This document shows positions 27,640 through 35,885 of a DNA stretch of 64,000 bases, piece by piece; position 1 is the first letter of the stretch; every line of letters begins with the position of its first letter. The DNA comes from Coriobacteriia bacterium. GTDB lineage: Bacteria > Actinomycetota > Coriobacteriia > Anaerosomatales > JBAZZO01. The stretch is from NCBI GenBank assembly GCA_041658765.1, contig JBAZZO010000012.1:5387-69386 (forward strand). The letters are read 5' to 3'. Made by a program: the position numbers and the translations under genes. The notes under the pieces are model-generated. The model did not search any database, was not told the DNA's origin, and worked only from the letters and a program-made list of their open reading frames with translations.

Positions 27640-30600
27640 CTAGCGTCTCACTCCAATCGCATCCAACTCCAACCTAGGCCTGCGCGCCGTCGCAAGATTC
27701 TCTATCGTCACCGTGTGGACCTCATTCGCGTTTCCCGCGATGCGCGGCCACGCCCACGCAGCCTGGCGGAATCTCGTGGACGGAGCATACGTGTCGAAGG
27801 TCGACCAAGCACCTCCGTCGACCCTGACCCGTGCCTTCCCTCGATCAGGCCCTTCCGTGACGAACAAGATCACCTGCCTGCCGTTGAATCGATAGACCGC
27901 CCTGGCTCCTGGTCTGGTCGTGGATCTCGCGGTGCCAAGGTAGAGCTGGGAAGACGTCGCGCTGGTCGACGCCCACATCCGAGCCGAGTAGGTCGCCACA
28001 TCCTGGTCGAAAGGAACCACCGTCGCGACAGGCGGAGACCACGTACTCTGGTTGTCCGTCCAGTCCGTGGCTCTGACCCGGAAGTGGTACGTGTGGCCGA
28101 CGGTGCCGGAGAAGATGCCGGACGTCTGAGTCGTGTCGTTCTTCCAGTCCGTCCACGCGCCCAGTGAGCCGTCCTTTCGCTGGACTTCGTAGGAGGCGAT
28201 GCCCATCGTCGGCGTCGCGTCGCTTGCCGTCCAGCCGACCCTGAAGGTCCTGGTCTTGGACTGATCGGTCGAATATCGCGGCGCGGAAGCTCGAGCGAAC
28301 GGTTTCGTCCGGTCCGGCCAGTATGGATTGAAGCTGCGTGCGGCCATGATGAACCAGGATGTGGCACCGACGTGCAGACGGTTGAGGTACACCAAGTCGA
28401 ATCCCGTGGTCACTCCGTCGTGGCAAGCGGCCACGATGCCCCTGCCGTCCGAGTTCTCGGCCGAGACCTGTGCCCGGCGCAGCTCTCGCAGGTACGTGCC
28501 GGCCGCCTCGGTCTCACATGCCGCCCGATACGCCGTCACCATCTGCGCGGTCCCTTCGAACCAGATGCCGTCCAGGTCATCGTTGAAGTCGAAGCCGCTG
28601 AACCCAGGGCGAGCGTCGCTGTGATTCGGACAATCATGCACCGCGCAATCCGTTCGCGCATTCGCCTCGGCCCACGCAAGACCTTGTCGGTATTCCAGCT
28701 TCTCAGGGAAGGCAAGCACCGCCCACGCCTGGATGTCCACTGGGATGTTGGCGGTGTTCGTGGTCGTTCCGTCACCTAATGTGCCGGTCCAGAAGCGTCC
28801 CGAGTCAGAGTCCCACATCGCCTCGACCAGCCGCTTGGCATGGTTCGCCCGTTCGACCCAGGCGGTGTTTCCTGTTGCGGTGTGTAGCCGCCTGAAGGCC
28901 ACGTAGAGATCGATGTTGTGCTCTGTGGACTTCCAGGTCTGTTTCTGGGGAGGATCGCTTGGCCAACCCCTGTAGCCCCCCATGTATCCGCCGATCGCAA
29001 CCGAGTCGTCTCTCGTCTCGGTCTCGACCCACTCCCCCATCCTTCTTGCGGCTTCGAGATAGGCTGGGTCCCCTTTGTTCTCGTAGTAGTCGAGGAGCGC
29101 GATCATCGCCCAAGCGATGTTGCCCGTCGTGGAGCTCACCGCTTCCGGATCCTCGAGCCATCTCTTCCGAGTGTCGTCCCACCAACCAGGCAGTAGGGCA
29201 TCGCCGTTCGACGTATCAGTGATGTCGCCGGAGCGATACGCGTTCCGCAACCTCCCATCGTCATAGTCTGGATCGTGATCCTGCGCGTAGATCAACGTAT
29301 CGCCGATGATCTTGGCTCTGCGCCAATCGTCCGCGGTTCCGCGAGCCATGTATGACAGCATGGCCAGGGCGTTGTCATAGGTGAAAGCCACGTTGCCGAG
29401 TGGTTTGTCGGCGTCGGGATCGCGCAACTCGAAGCTCGTGAGCAGCCGGAGAGCGTTCGGTCTGGCTTTGTCGAACTGGATGTCGTCGAGATAGAAAGTG
29501 ACGCCGTCGGGATTGCTGGCCTTGTCCGTCGCCCACGCGAACCCGCCGATCGTCGAGTTGAGATCCGAGGGCGAGAGTGACCGCTCGTATCGAATGTCGT
29601 CAAGGTAGAAGGTGGCTCCATTTGCGTTGCGCGATCTGTTCGTGGCCCAGCCGAAGCCGCCGATGACCCGAGACAAGTCCTTTCCGGTCAGGTCTATCGA
29701 GTACGTCGTCCAAGTGCTATCCAGCGAGACATAGCCCAGACTGGTCTTTGGACTCGAGTCGTAGTACGGCTTCGTCGGCGTGCCGGTCAACGGGTCTCGG
29801 CCGATGCCGAACGCGAAGAACTCCACCTGCTCTCCGCCGACCCGGCCGTGTGCCTTGAAGGTCAAGCGGGTGAAGCCTGCGAGGTCGAGACCTGCGGGGG
29901 AATCGCCCCATGCGTTGGCGGGACACTGCCAGTAGATGCCAGACCATCCTTGTGGGCCCGCCGCCGAGTAGTCGATCCGGATCGCCGTTCTCCCGGCGTA
30001 CGGGTTGACGGTGTAGGTGTCGGTGAAAGTGATGTCGCCCAAGTCACCCATCGAGCCGCTCGGAGCGAAGCCGTTGGCCACGTGTTGATCGCGGTAGACA
30101 TCGAAGTAGTCCTTGTCCAGCGGGATGGTGAACCGCTGCCACTCGTCGCTCAACCTCACGTAGCCGGTGCCGATGGGACCGAATGCATCCCGATCGGGCT
30201 TGGCGGGATCGTCGTTCGGGATCCTGTTGATCCCGCCGACCTTGAAGTCGACCCAACCGTCACCCGGATCTTCCTTCTTGCCCCAGAAGGTAAGCTGACT
30301 GGCTCCGCGAAGGTCCAATCCCCCAGTGAGATCGCCCCAGTTGTTCTCCGGATGTTGCCAGTAGATGCCGGCCCACCTGTTTCCCTGGGTCGCCTCGGCG
30401 GAATAGCGAATCCTGACCGAGGTGAGGCCGGAGTGAGGAACGGTTGCGGTGCTGTCGCTGGCGAACGTGACGTCAGCCCAGTCTCCCATCCACCCGGAGG
30501 GGATGTAGTGGTTGCCGCCGGAGTCCGCGTCCGTGTACACGTCGACGGTATGGTTGAACTTGTCCATCACGCTGTTGAGATACTCGTATCCGAGCGCGGT

Positions 30601-30756
30601 CGAAACCGTCGTTGATGTGTCGAGCGCCACAGCCGGTCTCGTCTCCGGTGGTCTCGAGATGGTTTGAGACGCAGCGCCCACCCCGACGGCGAATCCGACC
30701 ATCGTCGTCGCCATAGAGAGGATTACCAGCGGATACCCGATCCTCTTGGCTGACAT
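27640..30756 (-). CDS. secreted multidomain protein: signal/TM anchor, two CBM-like beta-sandwich modules, (alpha/alpha)6-barrel glycoside-hydrolase-like domain, FN3 domain, C-terminal beta-sandwich
   Basis: 1038-aa ORF with an N-terminal hydrophobic segment. Internal duplicated modules are present. The TGNIAWAMIALLDYY and DIQAWAVLAF patterns resemble barrel helices. An FN3-like segment reads HTYHFRVRATDWTDNQS. The CDS itself is solid; the product call is tentative. Confidence 0.6.
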   Translation of the reverse strand: MSAKRIGYPLVILSMATTMVGFAVGVGAASQTISRPPETRPAVALDTSTTVSTALGYEYLNSVMDKFNHTVDVYTDADSGGNHYIPSGWMGDWADVTFASDSTATVPHSGLTSVRIRYSAEATQGNRWAGIYWQHPENNWGDLTGGLDLRGASQLTFWGKKEDPGDGWVDFKVGGINRIPNDDPAKPDRDAFGPIGTGYVRLSDEWQRFTIPLDKDYFDVYRDQHVANGFAPSGSMGDLGDITFTDTYTVNPYAGRTAIRIDYSAAGPQGWSGIYWQCPANAWGDSPAGLDLAGFTRLTFKAHGRVGGEQVEFFAFGIGRDPLTGTPTKPYYDSSPKTSLGYVSLDSTWTTYSIDLTGKDLSRVIGGFGWATNRSRNANGATFYLDDIRYERSLSPSDLNSTIGGFAWATDKASNPDGVTFYLDDIQFDKARPNALRLLTSFELRDPDADKPLGNVAFTYDNALAMLSYMARGTADDWRRAKIIGDTLIYAQDHDPDYDDGRLRNAYRSGDITDTSNGDALLPGWWDDTRKRWLEDPEAVSSTTGNIAWAMIALLDYYENKGDPAYLEAARRMGEWVETETRDDSVAIGGYMGGYRGWPSDPPQKQTWKSTEHNIDLYVAFRRLHTATGNTAWVERANHAKRLVEAMWDSDSGRFWTGTLGDGTTTNTANIPVDIQAWAVLAFPEKLEYRQGLAWAEANARTDCAVHDCPNHSDARPGFSGFDFNDDLDGIWFEGTAQMVTAYRAACETEAAGTYLRELRRAQVSAENSDGRGIVAACHDGVTTGFDLVYLNRLHVGATSWFIMAARSFNPYWPDRTKPFARASAPRYSTDQSKTRTFRVGWTASDATPTMGIASYEVQRKDGSLGAWTDWKNDTTQTSGIFSGTVGHTYHFRVRATDWTDNQSTWSPPVATVVPFDQDVATYSARMWASTSATSSQLYLGTARSTTRPGARAVYRFNGRQVILFVTEGPDRGKARVRVDGGAWSTFDTYAPSTRFRQAAWAWPRIAGNANEVHTVTIENLATARRPRLELDAIGVRR
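29473..29664 (-). repeat. two copies of a 26-aa motif IGGF(G/A)WATxxxxNxxGxTFYLDDI
   Basis: The copies are at aa 365-390 and aa 403-428 of the secreted protein. Confidence 0.7.
29800..30498 (-). repeat. tandem duplication of a ~90-aa CBM-like module inside the secreted protein
   Basis: aa 87-176 and aa 233-319 share SGxMGDxxDxTF...RIxYSA...W(A/S)GIYWQxPxNxWGD...GLDLxGxxxLTF. Confidence 0.7.
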
Positions 30757-31027
30757 CGCGTTCGCCCCCCTCGCGGTCGATCATACGACCATCCAAGTGA
30801 AGAAACGAGCGCCACCACCTCTAGATGCACCTGGCTTTAGCAGTCCGTACGCGATGCCGCGCGATTCCTTGCGTGGCTTCCGCCCCCGCGCAATATCATA
30901 CGCCCCTCTCACTGTCAGGCTCTGGACGGCCGGACGTCCTCCTTGCCCTCCTGCGCCCGCCCGCGCTACGATGCGGCCCTGCGGCCGTACCGGGCCGCCG
31001 TGACCCGCAGTCGAAAGGGAGTCTCAC

Positions 31028-31204
31028 ATGGGCAAGCCCGTCGTCGACAACTCGCTCTGCACCGCTTGCGGCATCTGCGTGGATGAGTGCCCCACGAGCG
31101 CGCTCGACCTCGATGACTTCGCCGTACTCGCCCGTCCGGACGATTGCTCCGAGTGCGGCACGTGCGCCGACGTCTGTCCGAACGAGGCCATCGAACTCAA
31201 GTAG
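31028..31204 (+). CDS. small 2x[4Fe-4S] ferredoxin (58 aa)
   Basis: Absent from the ORF track because it is under 60 aa. Translation: MGKPVVDNSLCTACGICVDECPTSALDLDDFAVLARPDDCSECGTCADVCPNEAIELK. It has two CxxCxxCxxxCP motifs and an AAAGGGAG RBS 8 nt upstream. Confidence 0.8.
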   Translation: MGKPVVDNSLCTACGICVDECPTSALDLDDFAVLARPDDCSECGTCADVCPNEAIELK

Positions 31205-31217
31205 GGTCTGCCCGCGA

Positions 31218-31856
31218 TCAGCCGCGCGGGCCCTTCCCGTCGTCGATGTAGAGGCGCGGCTCCTTGCCTTGCAGCATCCCCACGAACCTCTTGTGGTGCG
31301 CGGCGTAGACGAGAAGCCCTATGGCTAGCGCGAAAGGCCAGTCGGGCGAGTGTAGTGCCAGCGCGGTCACGGGCAGCGCCGCAGCAGCGGCGACCTGACC
31401 GGCCAGCATGTACTTCGTCACCGCGATGACCAGCAGCGCGACGGTCAGCGCGACCACGAAGTAGCGCCAGTCGTAGATGAGCAGCGCCCCTCCGCCGGTC
31501 GCCAGCCCTTTGCCCGTACGCTCGAAGCGTCGCTTCAGCAACGCCATCCAGAGCGAGTAGTTGTGTCCGACGACCGCGCCCGCGAGCGCCACCGCTGGAG
31601 CCGCCACGATCGTTGCGGGCAGCAGGCGCGTCGCACCGACCGCGAGCATCCCCTTCGAGGCGTCCGCCACCATCGCGACGACGAACCAGCGCCAGGAGCC
31701 GGTCGAGCGGCGCACGTTCATCGCGCCGACGTTGCCGGTGCCGTGCGCGGCGATGTCCTCTCCGGTCACGCGGCGCACGATGACGTACGCCCACGGTACG
31801 GACCCGATCAGGTACGCGGCCGCGAAGACCGCCGCGCCCCACACGAACCGGCTCAC
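31218..31856 (-). CDS. plsY: glycerol-3-phosphate acyltransferase PlsY
   Basis: GTG at 31856 overlaps the lipid kinase stop (GTGA). Contains YLIGSVPWAYVI, HGTGNVGAMNV and GKGLATGGG motifs. Confidence 0.85.
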   Translation of the reverse strand: MSRFVWGAAVFAAAYLIGSVPWAYVIVRRVTGEDIAAHGTGNVGAMNVRRSTGSWRWFVVAMVADASKGMLAVGATRLLPATIVAAPAVALAGAVVGHNYSLWMALLKRRFERTGKGLATGGGALLIYDWRYFVVALTVALLVIAVTKYMLAGQVAAAAALPVTALALHSPDWPFALAIGLLVYAAHHKRFVGMLQGKEPRLYIDDGKGPRG

Positions 31857-32758
31857 GGCGCAGGGATCACGCACTCGATAGCGGAGGGCAGCATCGAGAC
31901 CTCGTAGCGGCTCTCGAGCATCACCTCGCCGTCGATCTGCGCGGGGAGCGGGCCGTCGCCCGACTCGATGACTAGCGACGTGTGGCGCTCCATGTGGACC
32001 GGGCGCATGCGCGTGTGCTTCCCCATGATGACGAACGGTAGTCGCATGAGCGCCTGGGGCAGCGAGAGCGGGTCGATCACGCAGGTGTCGAAGAGCCCGT
32101 CGTCGGGGATGGACGCCGGCGTGATGAAGAAGCCGCCCCCGTACGTCGGTCCGTTCGTGACCGCGACGATCAGCAGGTCGGTCTCTTCGGCCGGCGCGCC
32201 GTCCCACGAGACGCGCACGTGGTGGGGGTAGAGCTCGTTGAAGAGCACGTGCATGAGTGCGGTGAGGTAGAGCCAGATGCCCGAGCGGCCGGTGGTCGAC
32301 TTGTACTCGACCGCCTTCATCGTGACGCGCGCGTCGAGGCCCGCCGCGAACGAGTTGTTGAAGTACACGCCGTTGCACACGCCGACGTCGAAGCGGCGGC
32401 GGTTGTCGGCCATGAGCTGTATCGCGGCGGCGGCGAGGTCGACGGGCACGCCGTACGTACGTCGCGTGTCGTTGCCGGAGCCGGTCGGCAGCAGGCCGAG
32501 CGCCGGGCGGCTGCCTTCGGGGCGGCGCATGATCCCGTTGAGGACCTCGTGGACGGTGCCGTCGCCCCCGACGGCGACGAGGAGGTCGTAGCGGTCGTCG
32601 GCCTGCTCGGCGATGACGGCCGCGTGGCCCATGCGCTCGGTCAGCACCGTGTCGTGCGGCAGCGACTGCAGCATCCGCTCCACCGCGGGGACGAGCTTGC
32701 CCGTCTCGCCGTGCTTGGCGACCGGGTTCACGATGACGAGCGCCCGTCCGACTGCCAC
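31853..32758 (-). CDS. diacylglycerol kinase family lipid kinase (YegS/DagK-like)
   Basis: LVAVGGDGTVHEVLNG motif. The preferred start is GTG at 32758, 5 nt after GGGGAGG. The track ORF start at 32812 would abut the divergent tRNA. Confidence 0.8.
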   Translation of the reverse strand: MAVGRALVIVNPVAKHGETGKLVPAVERMLQSLPHDTVLTERMGHAAVIAEQADDRYDLLVAVGGDGTVHEVLNGIMRRPEGSRPALGLLPTGSGNDTRRTYGVPVDLAAAAIQLMADNRRRFDVGVCNGVYFNNSFAAGLDARVTMKAVEYKSTTGRSGIWLYLTALMHVLFNELYPHHVRVSWDGAPAEETDLLIVAVTNGPTYGGGFFITPASIPDDGLFDTCVIDPLSLPQALMRLPFVIMGKHTRMRPVHMERHTSLVIESGDGPLPAQIDGEVMLESRYEVSMLPSAIECVIPAP

Positions 32759-32793
32759 CTCTGCCTCCCCGATAGCGGTTCCAGGGCCGATTG

Positions 32794-32802
32794 TGGTAGC
32801 GT
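32794..32802 (+). promoter_or_regulatory. putative extended -10 promoter (TGgTAGCGT) for tRNA-Arg
   Basis: The motif ends 10 nt before the mature tRNA 5' end. Confidence 0.4.
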
Positions 32803-32812
32803 GACTTTCCAC

Positions 32813-32888
32813 GCCCTCGTAGCTCAGTGGATAGAGCGTCTGCCTCCGGAGCAGAAGGCCACAGGTTCGAGTCCTGTCGGGGGCGCCA
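32813..32888 (+). tRNA. tRNA-Arg (anticodon CCG), CCA encoded
   Basis: Cloverleaf read by eye: acceptor stem GCCCUCG/CGGGGGC, D arm GCUC-AGUGGAUA-GAGC, anticodon arm UCUGC-CUCCGGA-GCAGA, T arm ACAGG-UUCGAGU-CCUGU, discriminator G followed by CCA. Confidence 0.9.
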
Positions 32889-32899
32889 TCACGGCATAC

Positions 32900-32928
32900 G
32901 AAGGAGGAGGCCTTACGCCTCCTCCTTC
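32900..32928. terminator. 12-bp perfect hairpin between tRNA-Arg and the convergent EF-G-like gene (possible bidirectional terminator)
   Basis: GAAGGAGGAGGC-cttac-GCCTCCTCCTTC. The loop contains the EF-G-like stop codon (tta on the plus strand, 32913..32915). On the plus strand the hairpin is followed by tccttctt. Confidence 0.5.
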
Positions 32929-34970
32929 TCCTTCTTGGTGGCCTCGATGATCTTCTTCGCCATGTCGAAGGGGACCTCGGCGTATTCGCCGACCTTGATG
33001 GTGTAGCTGCCGGTCCCGTGCGTGAGCGAACGCAGCTGGATGGCGTAGTGGACGACCTCGGCGTAGGGCACCGTCGCCTTGATGACCTGCCGCTTGCCCT
33101 TCGCCTCCATGCCCAGGATCTTGCCGCGCTTCGAGGACATGTCGCCCATGACGGCCCCGGCGTACTCCTCGGGCATCTGTATCTCGAGGTGTGCGATCGG
33201 CTCGAGAAGCACCATGTCGGCCTTCTCGGCGGCTGCGCGGAACCCGATGCGGGCGGCGGTCCGGAACGCCATCTCGGACGAGTCGACGCTGTGGTAGCTG
33301 CCGTCGTAGACGCAGACCTTCACGTCGACGACGGGGTAGCCGGCGAGCACGCCTTCGGTGAGCGTGTTCTGGACGCCCTTGTCGACGGCGGGGATGAACT
33401 GGCGCGGGATCTTGCCGCCGACGATCTGGTCGACGAACTCGTAGCCCGCGCCGGGATTGGGCTCGAGGCGCAGCCAGCAGTCGCCGAACTGTCCGCTGCC
33501 GCCGGTCTGCTTCTTGTGGCGGCCCTGCGCGGAGGCGATCTTACGGATGGTCTCGCGATAGGGGATCCGCAGCTCGATGAGCTCGGCCTCGACGTTCGCC
33601 TTCGTCTTCAGCCGGTTGAGAGCGGTGTCGATCTGGATGTCGCCGAGGCCGGAGAGCACCGTCTGGTGCGTCTCGGGGTCGCGGCGGATCGTCAGCGTCG
33701 GCTCCTCGTCGACGATGCGGTTCAGCGCCGTGCCGAGCTTGTCCTCGTCGGCTTTGTTCTTCGCGACCACCGCGACGGGATAGAGCGGCTCGGGCAGGGG
33801 CATCGGAGCGTAGCTGACGTCTCCCGAGTCGGAGAGGGTGTCGTCCGTGCGCGTGTCGGCGAGCTTCGGGAGGATGGCGATGTCGCCGGCGGCTGCGGCC
33901 TCCACGTCGACCGATTCCTTGCCTCTCATGGAGAAGACGTGCCCGATGCGCTCCTTCTTGCCGGTGCGCGGGTTGCCCGCTTGGGTATCCGGCTTCAGCG
34001 TGCCCGTGACCACCTTCACGAAGTTGAGGTGGCCAAGGTACGGGTCGGAGACGGTCTTGAAGACGAACGCGGACATGGTGCCGGACGACGAGACGGGCAC
34101 GTCCTTGCCGTCGGTCGTCGTCCACGGTGCGCGCTCGGTCGGGGCGGGGAAGAAGCCCACGATCTCGTCGAGCAGGTCCTCCACGCCTTGCAGGGTGGTG
34201 GCGGAACCCACGAAGACCGGCACGAAGATGTGCTGCGCGATCGCCTTGTCCAGAAGTGTCTCGAGCTCCTCCTGGGTCAGCCGCTCGCCCTCGAGGTACT
34301 TCTCCATGAGGTCGTCGTCGGCTTCGGCCACGAGTTCGCAGAGCTTCTCGCGAGCCGCTTCCGCCGCGTCGGTCATGTCGGCCGGGATGTCGAATACCTC
34401 TTCTTTGTCGCCTTCGTGGTGGTAGGCCTTCATTCGGATGATGTCGACCACGCCGCGGAAGTCCTGTTCGCACCCGATGGGAAGCTGGACGGCGCCGATC
34501 CGGTGTCCGAAGGCCTCGGTGAGAGAGGTCATGGCGGCGTCGAAGTCGGCGTGCTCCTTGTCCATCCGGTTGATGAACACAGCGCGGGGGGTGCCGGTCT
34601 CCTCGGCGGCCTCCCACAGCTTCTCCGTCTGGACCTGCGGGCCGGAGACGGCGTCGACGACGAACAGTGCGGCTTCGGACGCGACGATCCCGGCGATGGC
34701 GTCGCCGATGAAGTCCGAATACCCCGGGGTGTCGATCACGTTGATCTTGCAGCCCTTGTGCACGATCGGAGCGAGCGAGAGGTTGATCGTGAACCGTCGG
34801 CGCTTCTCCTCCTCGTCGTAGTCGAGGTTCGAGTTGCCGTCGTCGACCCTGCCGAGCCGCTTCGTCTCGCCGGCGACGAAGAGCATCGCCTCCGCGAGCG
34901 AGGTCTTGCCGGCTCCGCCATGGCCCACGAGCGCGACGTTGCGGATCTTGTCGGTGGTGGGTGCCGCCAC
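32913..34970 (-). CDS. elongation factor G paralog (EF-G-like / FusA2-type GTPase)
   Basis: All five EF-G domains are recognisable. The G1 motif is GHGGAGKTS rather than AHIDAGKTT. GTG at 34970 lies 5 nt after GAAGGAGGAG. Confidence 0.85.
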   Translation of the reverse strand: MAAPTTDKIRNVALVGHGGAGKTSLAEAMLFVAGETKRLGRVDDGNSNLDYDEEEKRRRFTINLSLAPIVHKGCKINVIDTPGYSDFIGDAIAGIVASEAALFVVDAVSGPQVQTEKLWEAAEETGTPRAVFINRMDKEHADFDAAMTSLTEAFGHRIGAVQLPIGCEQDFRGVVDIIRMKAYHHEGDKEEVFDIPADMTDAAEAAREKLCELVAEADDDLMEKYLEGERLTQEELETLLDKAIAQHIFVPVFVGSATTLQGVEDLLDEIVGFFPAPTERAPWTTTDGKDVPVSSSGTMSAFVFKTVSDPYLGHLNFVKVVTGTLKPDTQAGNPRTGKKERIGHVFSMRGKESVDVEAAAAGDIAILPKLADTRTDDTLSDSGDVSYAPMPLPEPLYPVAVVAKNKADEDKLGTALNRIVDEEPTLTIRRDPETHQTVLSGLGDIQIDTALNRLKTKANVEAELIELRIPYRETIRKIASAQGRHKKQTGGSGQFGDCWLRLEPNPGAGYEFVDQIVGGKIPRQFIPAVDKGVQNTLTEGVLAGYPVVDVKVCVYDGSYHSVDSSEMAFRTAARIGFRAAAEKADMVLLEPIAHLEIQMPEEYAGAVMGDMSSKRGKILGMEAKGKRQVIKATVPYAEVVHYAIQLRSLTHGTGSYTIKVGEYAEVPFDMAKKIIEATKKEKEEA

Positions 34971-35104
34971 TGCGTCTCCTCCTTCACGCGCCACGCGCGT
35001 TCTCCGTATCGAGCGGCCGTCGCCGTTGGGCGTGGCGGCCGGGCAACAGCGTAGCAGGACGACCGCGCGAGCGCATGCCCCGGCACCCGCGCGGGAAGGA
35101 CGGC

Positions 35105-35133
35105 TTACAAGCCGAGCGCGGCCTTGCTAGAAT
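35105..35133 (+). promoter_or_regulatory. putative sigma-70 promoter TTACAA-17 nt-(TGc)TAGAAT
   Basis: -35 element at 35105..35110 and extended -10 at 35125..35133, about 58 nt upstream of the PPIase ATG. Confidence 0.5.
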
Positions 35134-35190
35134 GATGCGGGTTCCGGCGGCCGGTGAAGCCGGACGCAGACCGCGAGAGGGGTTCCATAC

Positions 35191-35877
35191 ATGTCGAGAT
35201 CCGCTGCGCGAGCGATCGCCGCCGTCCTTCTCGTGGGGGCCGTCTTCGCGCTGCAGGGTTGCGCCAAGCAGGCGTCGAGCGCGGAAGAGGCGGCGGCGCA
35301 GCAGGCGGCCGATGCGCAGTCGACAGCGGGGGGAGAGCCGATGCACGTCTCTACGACGAAGGTGGGCAAGGCTCCGATCGTCGTGATCAAGACTTCGAAG
35401 GGCGACATCACCGCCGAACTCTATCCCGCGGATGCCCCCAACTCGGTCGCGAGCTTCGTCGAGCTCGCGGATTCTGGCTTCTACGACGGCATCAAGTTCC
35501 ATCGCGTCGAAGCCGGATTCGTCATCCAGGTCGGGGATCCGCAGACGAAGGTCCTCTCCGCTCAGGAGATCATCGACATCGTGACCCGCCAGAAGGCGAA
35601 CCAGGTCGCGCCGGAGGACCCGACGCTGGGTACCGGCAACCCGGGCTGGCGCATGAAGGCCGAGTTCAACCCCCGCAAGCACGTCGACGGGACGCTCGCC
35701 ATGGCGCGAGCGACCGACCCGGACTCCGCGGGCTCGCAGTTCTACATCTGCCTCGGACCACAACCGAGCCTGGACAACCAGTACACGGTGTTCGGCCAGG
35801 TGATCAAGGGTCTCGACGTAGTCCACAACATCGCGGTCGGTGACGTGATCACGTCGATCACCGTGCAGGACCAGTAG
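35191..35877 (+). CDS. cyclophilin-type peptidyl-prolyl cis-trans isomerase, lipoprotein
   Basis: Lipobox LQGC after a signal peptide. Cyclophilin motifs FHRVEAGFVIQVGDP and GSQFYICLG. Confidence 0.88.
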   Translation: MSRSAARAIAAVLLVGAVFALQGCAKQASSAEEAAAQQAADAQSTAGGEPMHVSTTKVGKAPIVVIKTSKGDITAELYPADAPNSVASFVELADSGFYDGIKFHRVEAGFVIQVGDPQTKVLSAQEIIDIVTRQKANQVAPEDPTLGTGNPGWRMKAEFNPRKHVDGTLAMARATDPDSAGSQFYICLGPQPSLDNQYTVFGQVIKGLDVVHNIAVGDVITSITVQDQ

Positions 35878-35885
35878 GCGAGGGC

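Noticed and set aside
33018-35054. 678-aa plus-strand ORF antisense to the EF-G paralog
   Set aside because: It is a shadow frame of a clearly recognisable GTPase gene and has no motifs of its own.
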